Virus record (IMG/VR): IMGVR_UViG_3300042516_005475
Coordinates: 166,048-230,047 of that record
DNA: 64,000 bases
Reading direction: 5' to 3' (one strand)
Under the pieces are notes generated by a model that worked only from the letters and a program-made list of their open reading frames with translations, was not told the DNA's origin and made no database searches. Below, one piece after another: positions 40,966-50,472 of this stretch (the stretch's first letter is position 1; every line of letters starts with the position of its first letter). Both the position numbers and the translations under genes were made by a program.

Positions 40966-42260
40966 ATGTCTCTTAAACCATTAAAGACTAAAGAGCGATT
41001 AGATGCCTTGAAGAACAATCCAAAGGCATTATTAGCTTTTTGCAAAGATGTATTAAAGGCTCCATGGCCAGAGGCTGAACCATACATCTTAAAAGATACT
41101 ATGGTTGCTATGCATTATGCCTATCATGTTAAACAGAAGCTATGGCCTGAGTTAGAAAATATACTAGATGGTACTAGATATATGCCAATGTATAACTGGA
41201 ACATGAGATATTTTACCTATTAATATGCCTCTTAAATCAATCAAACTAAAAGATAGATTACAAAAGAAAAAGAAAGATCCTTTTGAAATCATTAATTTTT
41301 GCAGATACACTATAATGGGTCGCTGGCCAGAAGTTGAACCTTTTTTACTAAAACATAAAGATCCTTTTTGGGCATTGTTATATGCCAGAGACATCATCAA
41401 AGGGCGATGGCCAGAAGCAGAACCTCTTATCATGAAAGAGGCATACATGGCATACAAGTACGCTAGAGATGTAATCAAAGGACCTTGGCCTGAAGCCGAG
41501 AAACATATTAAACGAGATGCTGCTGCCTGGAGCGAATATACAAAAAAGGTACTAAACAACTCATAACATATGCCCCTAAAACCAATAAAGACTAAAGAGA
41601 GATTTGAAAATCTTATAAAAACTCCTAGAGGTGTTGTTACATATGCTGAGCATAAAAAAACGCCTGTACCTGATCTTGAGCATGTAATATTACTAGATGA
41701 CTTGGCAATCTATTGGTATGCCTATTATGTTTTACACCGCAGATGGCCAAAGGGAGAACAGATATTGTTGAGAGGAGCTTTTCCTATATGGGGACCAAAT
41801 GCCTATGTTCTAAGCAGATATGCAGAAAATATAATAAAAAATCGTTGGCCAGAGGCTGAACCATTTATTAAAAAAGATTCATCAGAATGGGAAAATTACT
41901 CAAACAACTTTAACATTCAAGACTAATATGCCCCTCAAACCAATAAAGACTAAAGAAAGATTAGAACAAGTAAAGAAAGATGCAGGATTAGCATATTATT
42001 TTGCTAAAGATGTAATCAAGGATCGTTGGCCAGAAGTTGAACCTATTATTATGCAGGATGCCTGGTGGGCATGGAAGTATGCTGTAGACGTTATTAGAGC
42101 ACCATGGCCAGAGGCTGAACATGTTATCTCTAAAAAATCTATGCCTGCTTATAATTATGCTGTATTGGTAATAAAAGATAAATGGCCACCTGGAGAAAAA
42201 GCTATTAATAAATTAGCCTACTCCAAAAAAGGATATAAACATTTTGTAGACAATTTATAA
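40966..42260 (+). CDS. four tandem WPEAEP helical-repeat genes (40966, 41225, 41570, 41928)
   Basis: M(P/S)LK(P/S)(I/L)K.K(E/D)R N-termini, RWPEAEP.I repeats, TAAATA 40954-40959. Confidence 0.75.
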
Positions 42261-42422
42261 ACTAAAGGAGCAATGAATAAAGAATTCTCTATTAAACAAT
42301 ACACCTTGTCACAAAAGATCATGATGATACTAATAACACTAGTTGTTACTGTATTACCCATACTGTTCTGGATGTGGATCACATCATACCTAATCAAATG
42401 TAACAAAGATGTCATGATGAAA

Positions 42423-43169
42423 TTAAAAAGGAAATAATTCACATTGTCTGGATGCAGGGTAATTTTGAGTAACATCCAAAAATTCATGCTGTTCCATTTT
42501 TACAAACTTGTCCCAGCAATTGTAATGCTCAAAATAATATGAAAAAAATAATTCAGGAAAGAAATTTGGCCCGTTAAAATTGTGCTTCCAGGCATACATT
42601 TTTTCTGAAAATTCTGGGCTGTACAGCTTGTCAAATAAATTAAAATAATTATGAAAAGAGTTGGGCAGTATAAAACTTGTGTCCATAAAAAATTTAGGTG
42701 CATCGAGGAACATGTTGTAGCTACAGTTGGCATAAAAATTTTCCTTATTTAATGTTGTTAAATCTGGAAAAGTTATGATGTGACAAGAGTCATAACGCCC
42801 TCTAATAATAAAGTCATATTGAGACCAATCAAATAAATTACTAACATTCTGCAAACCATGCAATTGAGAGAAATGCATCTGATTGTTGGTAGTTCTGCCT
42901 CCTGCATTATTAAAATTAAATCCATGCAGTTTGATTAATTCTGGGTAGTCAGCCACATGCTGCTGCATTAATAATCGCTGAGGAGCATATGCCTCCATAA
43001 TTTTTGTCTCTGTTTCTTGTTTGTTCTGTTCACTGGTGTACCAACATTGACAATATACATCTGTAGAGTACTTGCTGATGATTTTATCAATTAGATAATC
43101 TTTGGAGTTGTTGTTTCTAAACAACCCACTGAGAAGTAATGCAATTTTCATGATGGTACTTATCTTCAC
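42423..43169 (-). CDS. putative glycosyltransferase-like protein
   Basis: KIALLLSGLFRN, DVYCQCW, YDFIIRGRYD, FFPELFF. Confidence 0.55.
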   Translation of the reverse strand: MKISTIMKIALLLSGLFRNNNSKDYLIDKIISKYSTDVYCQCWYTSEQNKQETETKIMEAYAPQRLLMQQHVADYPELIKLHGFNFNNAGGRTTNNQMHFSQLHGLQNVSNLFDWSQYDFIIRGRYDSCHIITFPDLTTLNKENFYANCSYNMFLDAPKFFMDTSFILPNSFHNYFNLFDKLYSPEFSEKMYAWKHNFNGPNFFPELFFSYYFEHYNCWDKFVKMEQHEFLDVTQNYPASRQCELFPF

Positions 43170-43558
43170 AAGAAAATTATTGCAAAGAGTATAATGGAGA
43201 TGTAGACGTTATAATAATACTACAAGTATAGGTACCTGCCTAACAACATGGTACAGAATCATGTGACCATCTGCAGCACTCAAGGAGAACGGCAGAGAAT
43301 AAAAAGGATCTGCGTATATTCTTTGATGCCTATCCCCAGAAGTCAACTAGGAACCTCAAAAATGTTTCCACACACCTGAGCCTTTCCTGTTGATCTGTGT
43401 ACTGAGAGCCTGTATACTGTATACAGTGACAATGAATCACCGATAGTACGCATAGTTGCAATAGCGCTCGAGAAGGGCTGCAGAACATGGGTCCACTATG
43501 TTGACTATCAAACACAAACAAAATAGGAGCTCGCTGAGCCTAGTGACTAGCAAACCAT

Positions 43559-44036
43559 ATGGAAGAAACTGAAACTGAACCTACTATTACGATTGTGCTT
43601 GGAGCTGACATGAAGCCTGCCAGAAAGCCTATTGAGTTTCACCGTGTGTTGGATAGTGATGAGACGTTTGGATCGGTCTATGAAGAATATCCTTGTCTTT
43701 GGAAGTACATTGAGCTTATCTGTAAGGAGTATCTTGGAACCAAGACATTAGACTTGATGTATGCCTACGACAATCCTAAAGATCGCTCTAGAGGTAGGCT
43801 CTTTCTTGGTCAGTGGAACGATGGCTATGTAGAGCGCTAATATGACGTCCAAATATAATAGCTTAGACTATGAGCTAGAGTCTCGACTAAGGACAAGATT
43901 GTTTGATGCTACTGAAAAGAAACTAAACATGAATCTATTTGAAGTGTTGTCAAAGTCTTATAGCAATAGGCTATATGTAAACAATACAATTGCATTTCAC
44001 AATCCACTATGGGATGAACTTAAACAAAGCAACTAA
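43559..44036 (+). other. two small hypothetical ORFs (43559-43840, 43842-44036)
   Basis: Co-oriented ORFs; the second resembles the mini-gene array. Confidence 0.5.
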
Positions 44037-44239
44037 CTAATATGAAGATCGTTATCTATAATACTAAACGTAAGAGCTGGACGTTCAAGCCTACTACTAA
44101 GGTTAAGATCTCTAGTAAGCTCTACAACCGCAAGCGGCATAAGCAAGTGCTAACGCCAGTAGAGGTAGATGAGTGCTATAGTGACATGTGAGCTATAGAG
44201 CCAAGTGTCTGAGATCTGCATCCTGTGTTCTGAAACCGT

Positions 44240-44491
44240 AAACGGGGCCGTGAAACACAAACGGGTCTCAGACACCCCCAGGGGTCTAGGACACAAACGG
44301 GGATATAGAACCAAGGGGCTAGAATCCACATATAGTAGAGAAGGCAAGCTAATAGGTAGGAACCGCATGCTCCAAACTTTTGGCAAAATTTTTTTTGGAT
44401 TTTCTATATGGATTTTCCTATAGGGCCGCAATTGCTCCAAACTTTTGGCAAATTTTTTTGGAATTTTTCTATGGATTTTCTGTATGGCCCC
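44240..44491. repeat. non-coding repeat region: three AAACGGG units and two ~65-bp tandem copies
   Basis: AAACGGG at 44240, 44259, 44295; TGCTCCAAACTTTTGGCAAA...TGGATTTT from 44368 and 44433. Confidence 0.75.
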
Positions 44492-44970
44492 TCTTTTGCT
44501 CTCTGCTGCCTCTCTGTAACATTGATATCTGCTTCGTTGTTTCTCTGAAAGTCTGATGTTCTGATATTCTGATGATATGTGAGTCTGTTTATTATTGAGT
44601 CTGAATCTCTCTTATTCTCGGCTTGTGATGCCTTCGGCACATAGGAGAATCTTTTTTATCAGGTAAGATAAGTAATAGTATGTATAGTGCTCCTAGTGGA
44701 ATAGTGATGAACGATTATGACCATGAGCCAATGTCATTAATTGCGCAAAAGTGGTTGGGTAAAAACAGGCGCAAGAAGAAAAAGAGAGTTTCTGAATCTT
44801 TTGCTAATTATTATCGTCGATATAATGCCTAATAATTGTGAATGACAATAGTTGGTTAATATTGGGACATGAATATAGTTTAATTAACTCGGTAGAGACA
44901 AGGTAGTATATACTATGGATCTGGGTTTGAGCTATAAAAAAAATCTTATTCAGACTAAATATTAGTAGAT

Positions 44971-45345
44971 ATGATCACATCTTTTTTAAACTCGGTTGAT
45001 TTGCCAACGGTATCTGGAATTAACTCAACATCTGGATTGCCAGCTGGTATTGCTTATGAGGCTGGCATTGCTGGTTCATCTATATTGTACACCTTGCCAA
45101 CTTCTACTCTTGGTACTACTTTTACATTAATTACCTTGAGTGTAGCTGGTAATACTACTAACAGGATTAGACTCAACAAATCTTATAGTGGTCAGACACT
45201 TGGTTTTATTAATCAGGACCGTTCTTCTTTCTTATTCACCTATACATCAGGTGGAACTGCAACAGCCTCTCTGACTGCAACAGCCAACTATTACGACAAT
45301 GTTGGACCAGTGCAGCGTAGATTGGTACAAGGTTACGAAGCCTAA
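44971..45345 (+). CDS. S/T/G-rich late protein, probably virion-associated
   Basis: TAAATA 44956-44961; beta-rich composition. Confidence 0.55.
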   Translation: MITSFLNSVDLPTVSGINSTSGLPAGIAYEAGIAGSSILYTLPTSTLGTTFTLITLSVAGNTTNRIRLNKSYSGQTLGFINQDRSSFLFTYTSGGTATASLTATANYYDNVGPVQRRLVQGYEA

Positions 45346-45362
45346 TACCATTATAAACAATG

Positions 45363-45390
45363 AACCCGCCAAGAACATTGGCGGGTTTTT
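45363..45390. terminator. terminator between convergent genes
   Basis: AACCCGCCAA/TTGGCGGGTT then TTT. Confidence 0.8.
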
Positions 45391-45391
45391 A

Positions 45392-45697
45392 TTAGTCTTT
45401 TTTAGGCTTTGGCGAGCCTGGAGGTCTTGGTGGTCCGAAGCTTCTGAGAAGTTTACGATCTTCTTCACTTACATTTTTGCGTTCCTCTGGATCTAGCTTT
45501 CCGTCTTTATTTGTATCGTATTTGCTAACAATAGCATCTCTTTGTTTCTTTTGTTCCTCAGTTAACTTGGGACGTCTAGGTGCCTTATCATGTACACGTT
45601 CCTCTAAAGGAGGAGGTCGTTGACCTGGTGCATGTTCCTTAGGAACCTGAGCCACTAAAGTTGTGGCTGCCAATAGGGATAAGAATAACATTTTCAT
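45392..45697 (-). CDS. secreted Pro-rich single EF-hand protein
   Basis: Signal peptide MKMLFLSLLAATTLVA; loop YDTNKDGKLDPEER. Confidence 0.7.
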   Translation of the reverse strand: MKMLFLSLLAATTLVAQVPKEHAPGQRPPPLEERVHDKAPRRPKLTEEQKKQRDAIVSKYDTNKDGKLDPEERKNVSEEDRKLLRSFGPPRPPGSPKPKKD

Positions 45698-45750
45698 ATC
45701 TATAGGTACTTAGCTCATCTAGAACATTGCTTAAACATTCTCATTAAACT

Positions 45751-46578
45751 TTAAACATCTACACCTAATATCTTTAGGTACTTTTCTGTATCTGCTTTGC
45801 TCATTTTTTTATCATCAGCATCAAAGCCTTCTCTAATAACACCATCTGGGCTATCAGATTCAGGATCAGTTCCTGGAGCAATGTCTACTAATACAGCACA
45901 AGACTGTACGTTCCTCTTTGGAAATGCCTGTTGTAGTTCCTGTAGCTTTTGTTCACTCTTAGGTTTAGCAAAGTAGAAGGTAATCAATTGATTTTCAAAG
46001 TAATCCTTCCAGTGATCATCATTCTTATAGGTGATGCACCAGGCACAATCCTTCTTGCCATCCTTGCCTGTTCGGTGAGCAAATTCACTCAGGCCTAACT
46101 TACGAGCAGCGCTGTGATTCAATGGAGCAACTACTAAGGCATCATTGTTATCCAAGTAGACTTCCACTTCACCTTCTGATTGAGATCTGCTTGGATTAGC
46201 TTTTACTTGTTGATTAGCCTGTGTTACCTTTTTCTGAAGATCCTCATATGTTGGATACTTCTCAATATTAGAGTCTTCACCAGCAATAGAGCCGCTATTA
46301 ACCATGGCAATGAACTCAGTAACAGCATTTCTCAATTGATCCCAATCAAATGGAGCATTAGGTTCTTTTGTTTTGAGATATTGACGGCCAATCCATCCAA
46401 CGAACTTCTTTGTTGGTGTATTATCAGACTGAAGAATCTGATTGAATTCTTCTTGGTCTATCTTTTTACCGGCTAGCATTTGCTTGAGCTGAGCCTTGTT
46501 TTCATTGACCAAAATATTTGAACGGTTGTGATTAACGTACCCTTCAAACATTAAGCTATTAATTGATTGATTCTTCAT
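45751..46578 (-). CDS. hypothetical late protein with WC-motif domain, putative internal head protein
   Basis: IEKYPTYEDL, LVVAPLNHSAARKLG, WCITY...HW..Y. Confidence 0.55.
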   Translation of the reverse strand: MKNQSINSLMFEGYVNHNRSNILVNENKAQLKQMLAGKKIDQEEFNQILQSDNTPTKKFVGWIGRQYLKTKEPNAPFDWDQLRNAVTEFIAMVNSGSIAGEDSNIEKYPTYEDLQKKVTQANQQVKANPSRSQSEGEVEVYLDNNDALVVAPLNHSAARKLGLSEFAHRTGKDGKKDCAWCITYKNDDHWKDYFENQLITFYFAKPKSEQKLQELQQAFPKRNVQSCAVLVDIAPGTDPESDSPDGVIREGFDADDKKMSKADTEKYLKILGVDV

Positions 46579-46579
46579 A

Positions 46580-47731
46580 TTAAAATTCTTGTTCTGGGTT
46601 AGAGCTATTTTTCCAGTTATTATAAGTTTCTCTGGCTCTTGCCACTAACTTATCCATGATATTTTTGGCTTCACCACCACCTGTATTAACCTTTTTGATT
46701 ACTTCTGCTGGATGTCTTAATAGATCTTTTACAATGAATGGTATTAGATGTTGATCTTTAACCTCGATTAACTTGCGGAAGTTATTGTATACTTCTTCTC
46801 CACTCATTAGTTCTAGTACTTCTTGATCTAGAGTTTCACGATCTAACTCACTTTGAGTAGCAATATCATAGGTTAACCAATTGTAGATGCCTTTAACAAT
46901 CTCATGTACAAGGATTGGAAAGTTAGCTCCACGAGCCTTGATTGTGCTATCGTTTTCTACTTCTACAGAGCCAACAGCAGCACTATTAGCAAAGGCTCTG
47001 GACATCTCAATCATTGGCATGCCATAGTAACTCATAGTAGTACCAGCGCAAACAATGCCGTACATCTTAGGCAATTGTGGGTTAATTTGAGTTAGCTTGT
47101 CTTCTACTAAATGGAATAGGTAGAATTTATTGACTGCATTACCTTGGGTTAATGTTTTGGCAAAAGAACGTTTGGCCAAGATGTCTGGATCTAGTTCTGG
47201 TTTAACAAATTCTGTGGCTAATTGTTGAGTATCTTTCTCTGATGTGGATAGCTTGCCGTTTTTAGCCTTTAATTCATTCTCTGTTATAGCATTGCTCAAG
47301 TTAGGGGTATCTAATTTAGCATCAATAATTAGCATGCCTTCAGCAACCATTTCTTTTACTGCCTTGAATTCAGGCAAATCTAATACAGTTTCAACAGCTA
47401 ATGTTTGTAATTCATCCTTATAATTCTCTTCTGCTTGAACAGTATTAAGGAAGTTAGTGAGGATGATATTGTATAAAGAGCTAAAGGATGAGTGCTTCTT
47501 ATGCAAGGCTTCTAAGGACAGGCCAAGGTATTTGGCTAATCGTTCTACTGAGCGTTTGTATGTAGCGCTTGTGATGAGCTCTAAGTAGGCCTGATTGTCT
47601 GCATCTAGAGAAGGGTACATGCCTGTTACAATTTCTTTCTCATGAGATGGTAAGTTCTCTACATAATCCTTTTTGGAGGGATGCATGTACTTGCCACCAA
47701 ATGGTAAATCTAGAGCTTCTTTTAGTTTCAT
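46580..47731 (-). CDS. hypothetical late protein
   Basis: 383 aa; IKARGANFPILVHEIVKG motif. Confidence 0.6.
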   Translation of the reverse strand: MKLKEALDLPFGGKYMHPSKKDYVENLPSHEKEIVTGMYPSLDADNQAYLELITSATYKRSVERLAKYLGLSLEALHKKHSSFSSLYNIILTNFLNTVQAEENYKDELQTLAVETVLDLPEFKAVKEMVAEGMLIIDAKLDTPNLSNAITENELKAKNGKLSTSEKDTQQLATEFVKPELDPDILAKRSFAKTLTQGNAVNKFYLFHLVEDKLTQINPQLPKMYGIVCAGTTMSYYGMPMIEMSRAFANSAAVGSVEVENDSTIKARGANFPILVHEIVKGIYNWLTYDIATQSELDRETLDQEVLELMSGEEVYNNFRKLIEVKDQHLIPFIVKDLLRHPAEVIKKVNTGGGEAKNIMDKLVARARETYNNWKNSSNPEQEF

Positions 47732-47732
47732 A

Positions 47733-47999
47733 TTATTTGCGAGCGTTTAAAAAGGCTGCTACATCTGGACTGATTGGACCTTTATCGGTGGCCTGTGGTC
47801 TAGGCTTTACATCTGGGCGAGTTGGTTGAAGAGGGTGTCTCTTAGGTGCTAATGGCTTTTGTGGGCCTGGAGTTGGTAGAGGTTTTGTATCTGGTTTAAT
47901 ATCAGGCTCAACCTCTGGCTCTTCAACAGGTGCTGCTGGAGCCTCAAACAAGGTTTTGCTTAATAAATTATTGACTAAATCGTCAAAGTTATCTTTCAT
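47733..47999 (-). CDS. small Pro-rich protein
   Basis: TLFE|APAAP...PE/KP/TP-rich; coupled to 46580 gene. Confidence 0.6.
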   Translation of the reverse strand: MKDNFDDLVNNLLSKTLFEAPAAPVEEPEVEPDIKPDTKPLPTPGPQKPLAPKRHPLQPTRPDVKPRPQATDKGPISPDVAAFLNARK

Positions 48000-49360
48000 G
48001 GTTTCTTATATTTATCTTTTACAGATGGTGTTTGTGGCGTCTTTTTAATATCTGCTGCTGGGTAGCCTGTTGGTTTAATTGTTGGTTGTTGAGAGGCTTC
48101 AACTAATTCAAACTGTGTTACACCACCTGGCATTCTAATAGCATATAGTTTCTTGCCTGATAATGGAACTCTTAATACTATTCTATTTCTCTTTTGGGCA
48201 ATGGCTGGTAATTGTAAAAAGTAATTGATCCACTTGGGCAATACCTTAGTATTATGAGCACCAAAGTATCTGAACTCAACTGTTTTATATTTGGCAAAGG
48301 CCTTTATGTTAGTACCAGCATAACGATCAGCGCTATTAATTGTTTCTAATAGTTCTTTATTAGACATCTGAAAAGGCTTTGGTTTATCCTGCCCACCATA
48401 TTTAACTCTTAAAATAACACTAATTAAGTTCTTTGAAACTTCATTTCTCAATTTTGCAAAGCCTAAATCTCTTCTTACCTTAGAGGCTTTTAAATCTGAC
48501 TCTACTTGCTCTTCATCTACTAGTGTTGTCATCGCCAGTAAATCGAAAGCATCAAAGTCTTTGGGTGTTCCAATGTGTATATGTAAACCAGTACCACTAT
48601 CGGTAATCTGATGGTCTACGAAGGCTGAGACCAAGTCTACTTGATCCATATTCTCTCTCTTTAAAATAGGAGATCTAATCTCTGTATTTGGACCGTCTGG
48701 ACCAATTGTCCACATATTAGGATCATATCGTTCATCTCTTTTGATGCTAATAGATTTGTTAAGAACATTAATAGCCTCATAGCAGCTAGCTTCTGGGTCT
48801 ACATCAACTTCAACTTCTACAAAGTCTTGCCAATTGTTATCAGCGATATACTCAAAGAATTCGTCTGTATTATCGTATTTGTCTCTTCTTTCCCAATAGG
48901 CGTAATTGTAATCAACATCACTTAATTTTTCTTGATATTCTTTTAATTCTCTTTCGTAGTCTTCTTCATTATTGTATGCGCTTAAATTTGGCTCAGCGTA
49001 CACATCAGTAAATGTGTCTTGAGACATTGGTCCATAGATATCATCATATCTGCTTATATCCCCTCTTCCGTATCTTTTCCATTGGATAGCAGCATCATTT
49101 CTTTTTTCTTCTAGCCAAGACAAATATTCAGCCTCTAAGTCTCTATTGCGACCACCTCTCCAAGAACCATTCAAGGCTTCTAATATATCGTCTTTCTCAA
49201 CTTCTTTGCTTGTTGTATTCGGTAGATATTCATACTCTACTCCGAATGTACCTTCTGGGATAGAGTGCTGCTCAGCCATTTTATTCTTGATCTGCTCTAT
49301 CTTTGCAAATGGAACTGGGCCCTCTTGTAGCAGGCTATTATATAAGTCTTTAAACTTCAC
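47996..49360 (-). CDS. amidoligase (COOH-NH2 ligase type 2)-like protein with acidic insertion
   Basis: TFGVEYEY, EIRSPIL, GTGLHIHIG, YKTVEFRYF; GTG start. Confidence 0.75.
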   Translation of the reverse strand: MKFKDLYNSLLQEGPVPFAKIEQIKNKMAEQHSIPEGTFGVEYEYLPNTTSKEVEKDDILEALNGSWRGGRNRDLEAEYLSWLEEKRNDAAIQWKRYGRGDISRYDDIYGPMSQDTFTDVYAEPNLSAYNNEEDYERELKEYQEKLSDVDYNYAYWERRDKYDNTDEFFEYIADNNWQDFVEVEVDVDPEASCYEAINVLNKSISIKRDERYDPNMWTIGPDGPNTEIRSPILKRENMDQVDLVSAFVDHQITDSGTGLHIHIGTPKDFDAFDLLAMTTLVDEEQVESDLKASKVRRDLGFAKLRNEVSKNLISVILRVKYGGQDKPKPFQMSNKELLETINSADRYAGTNIKAFAKYKTVEFRYFGAHNTKVLPKWINYFLQLPAIAQKRNRIVLRVPLSGKKLYAIRMPGGVTQFELVEASQQPTIKPTGYPAADIKKTPQTPSVKDKYKKP

Positions 49361-49409
49361 GTAATTATTTATTGCCTTTGGTAGATAGGCCCTTATAATA
49401 CCTCGTAGA

Positions 49410-49823
49410 GTGAAGAGATTAAAGAAGAACTTTGAGATTAAGCTCGATCAGACGTCTAAAGGGCCATGGAAGAGGTTCAAGACTGGCTCACATTTTCAGT
49501 ACATGGCGTACTATGAAGATATAGAGATCGGTAACATATCTGTTTTTAAAAATGGAATAAACGTTTATGTTAACACTGTTTTTATAAAAACCAATTATAG
49601 AGGCAATGGCTTTGGATATCAATTGTATGAATTTGCTTTTAAGCAGCATGGATGTCTGAGTACATTTTATTTTAGTGCCTCTGATGACGCAAAGCGTGTA
49701 TGGAAAAAGTTAATTAAAAAATACAGATATGAAACCGACTTCTTTAAAGAGACCTTAACTATTTACTGTGCTGATGATAAACTATCAGATAAAAGTGCAG
49801 CTTCTTTAAATGCTAAAGCCTGA
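49410..49823 (+). CDS. GNAT-family acetyltransferase
   Basis: VFIKTNYRGNGFGYQLYE; A..VWKKL. Confidence 0.75.
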   Translation: MKRLKKNFEIKLDQTSKGPWKRFKTGSHFQYMAYYEDIEIGNISVFKNGINVYVNTVFIKTNYRGNGFGYQLYEFAFKQHGCLSTFYFSASDDAKRVWKKLIKKYRYETDFFKETLTIYCADDKLSDKSAASLNAKA

Positions 49824-50383
49824 GCAACATGTCCTTGATCAAGCAAAAAGGTTTCTTTTGGAATGAATCCAACCAACTTTAATGATTCAAGTGTTTGTGG
49901 ATTGCTCATAGCGTTGAGCAACTTAGCTGCTGAAGGCCTACCATATGCAATAATTTCTGCTTGAATCTCTCTTCCAATAGTAACAGTAAATTCGTTGTTG
50001 GCATTAGCCTCAAACATTTGATCATCTGTATAACCTGGAATTCTAGTTGGCTCACAAATCTCATATAGCTCAGCAATGAGCTTATTTAAGATAGCTAGCT
50101 CTTGTCTATTAAGATTAAAGGCATGAGCAGTATCTTCAAGAGTAGATTCTAGCTCAATAATTTCAGCCTCAAGATTTAAAATGACGTGCGGTAATGCAGA
50201 AATCTGCTTTAAATGCTTTAGCTCTTCTAATTTAGCCTTATGCTTCAATTCTGCTACCTTTTCCAAGGCTGCTGCGCGCTTGCGTCCTTCTAGAAACCCT
50301 TTGAGAGTCTTTAGCTTCTCCCAGGGAGTACTACCAATAACCTGATAACGATAATTAAATTCTGAATTTAAATTAGATGCCAT
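49763..50383 (-). CDS. coiled-coil protein adjacent to fibre genes
   Basis: MASNLNSEFNYRYQVIGSTPWEK; long heptad region. Confidence 0.6.
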   Translation of the reverse strand: MASNLNSEFNYRYQVIGSTPWEKLKTLKGFLEGRKRAAALEKVAELKHKAKLEELKHLKQISALPHVILNLEAEIIELESTLEDTAHAFNLNRQELAILNKLIAELYEICEPTRIPGYTDDQMFEANANNEFTVTIGREIQAEIIAYGRPSAAKLLNAMSNPQTLESLKLVGFIPKETFLLDQGHVAQALAFKEAALLSDSLSSAQ

Positions 50384-50472
50384 ACAATATATGTATTAAG
50401 CAGTTAGAGAGTATCCAGCTGCTGTACGATAATATTAGCTTATTTTTAATATTTCTAAAAGGTAAATTTATT

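Noticed and set aside
44150-44640. ORFs 44150(-), 44205(+), 44404(-)
   Set aside because: Translate through DNA repeats with no upstream signals; more likely non-coding
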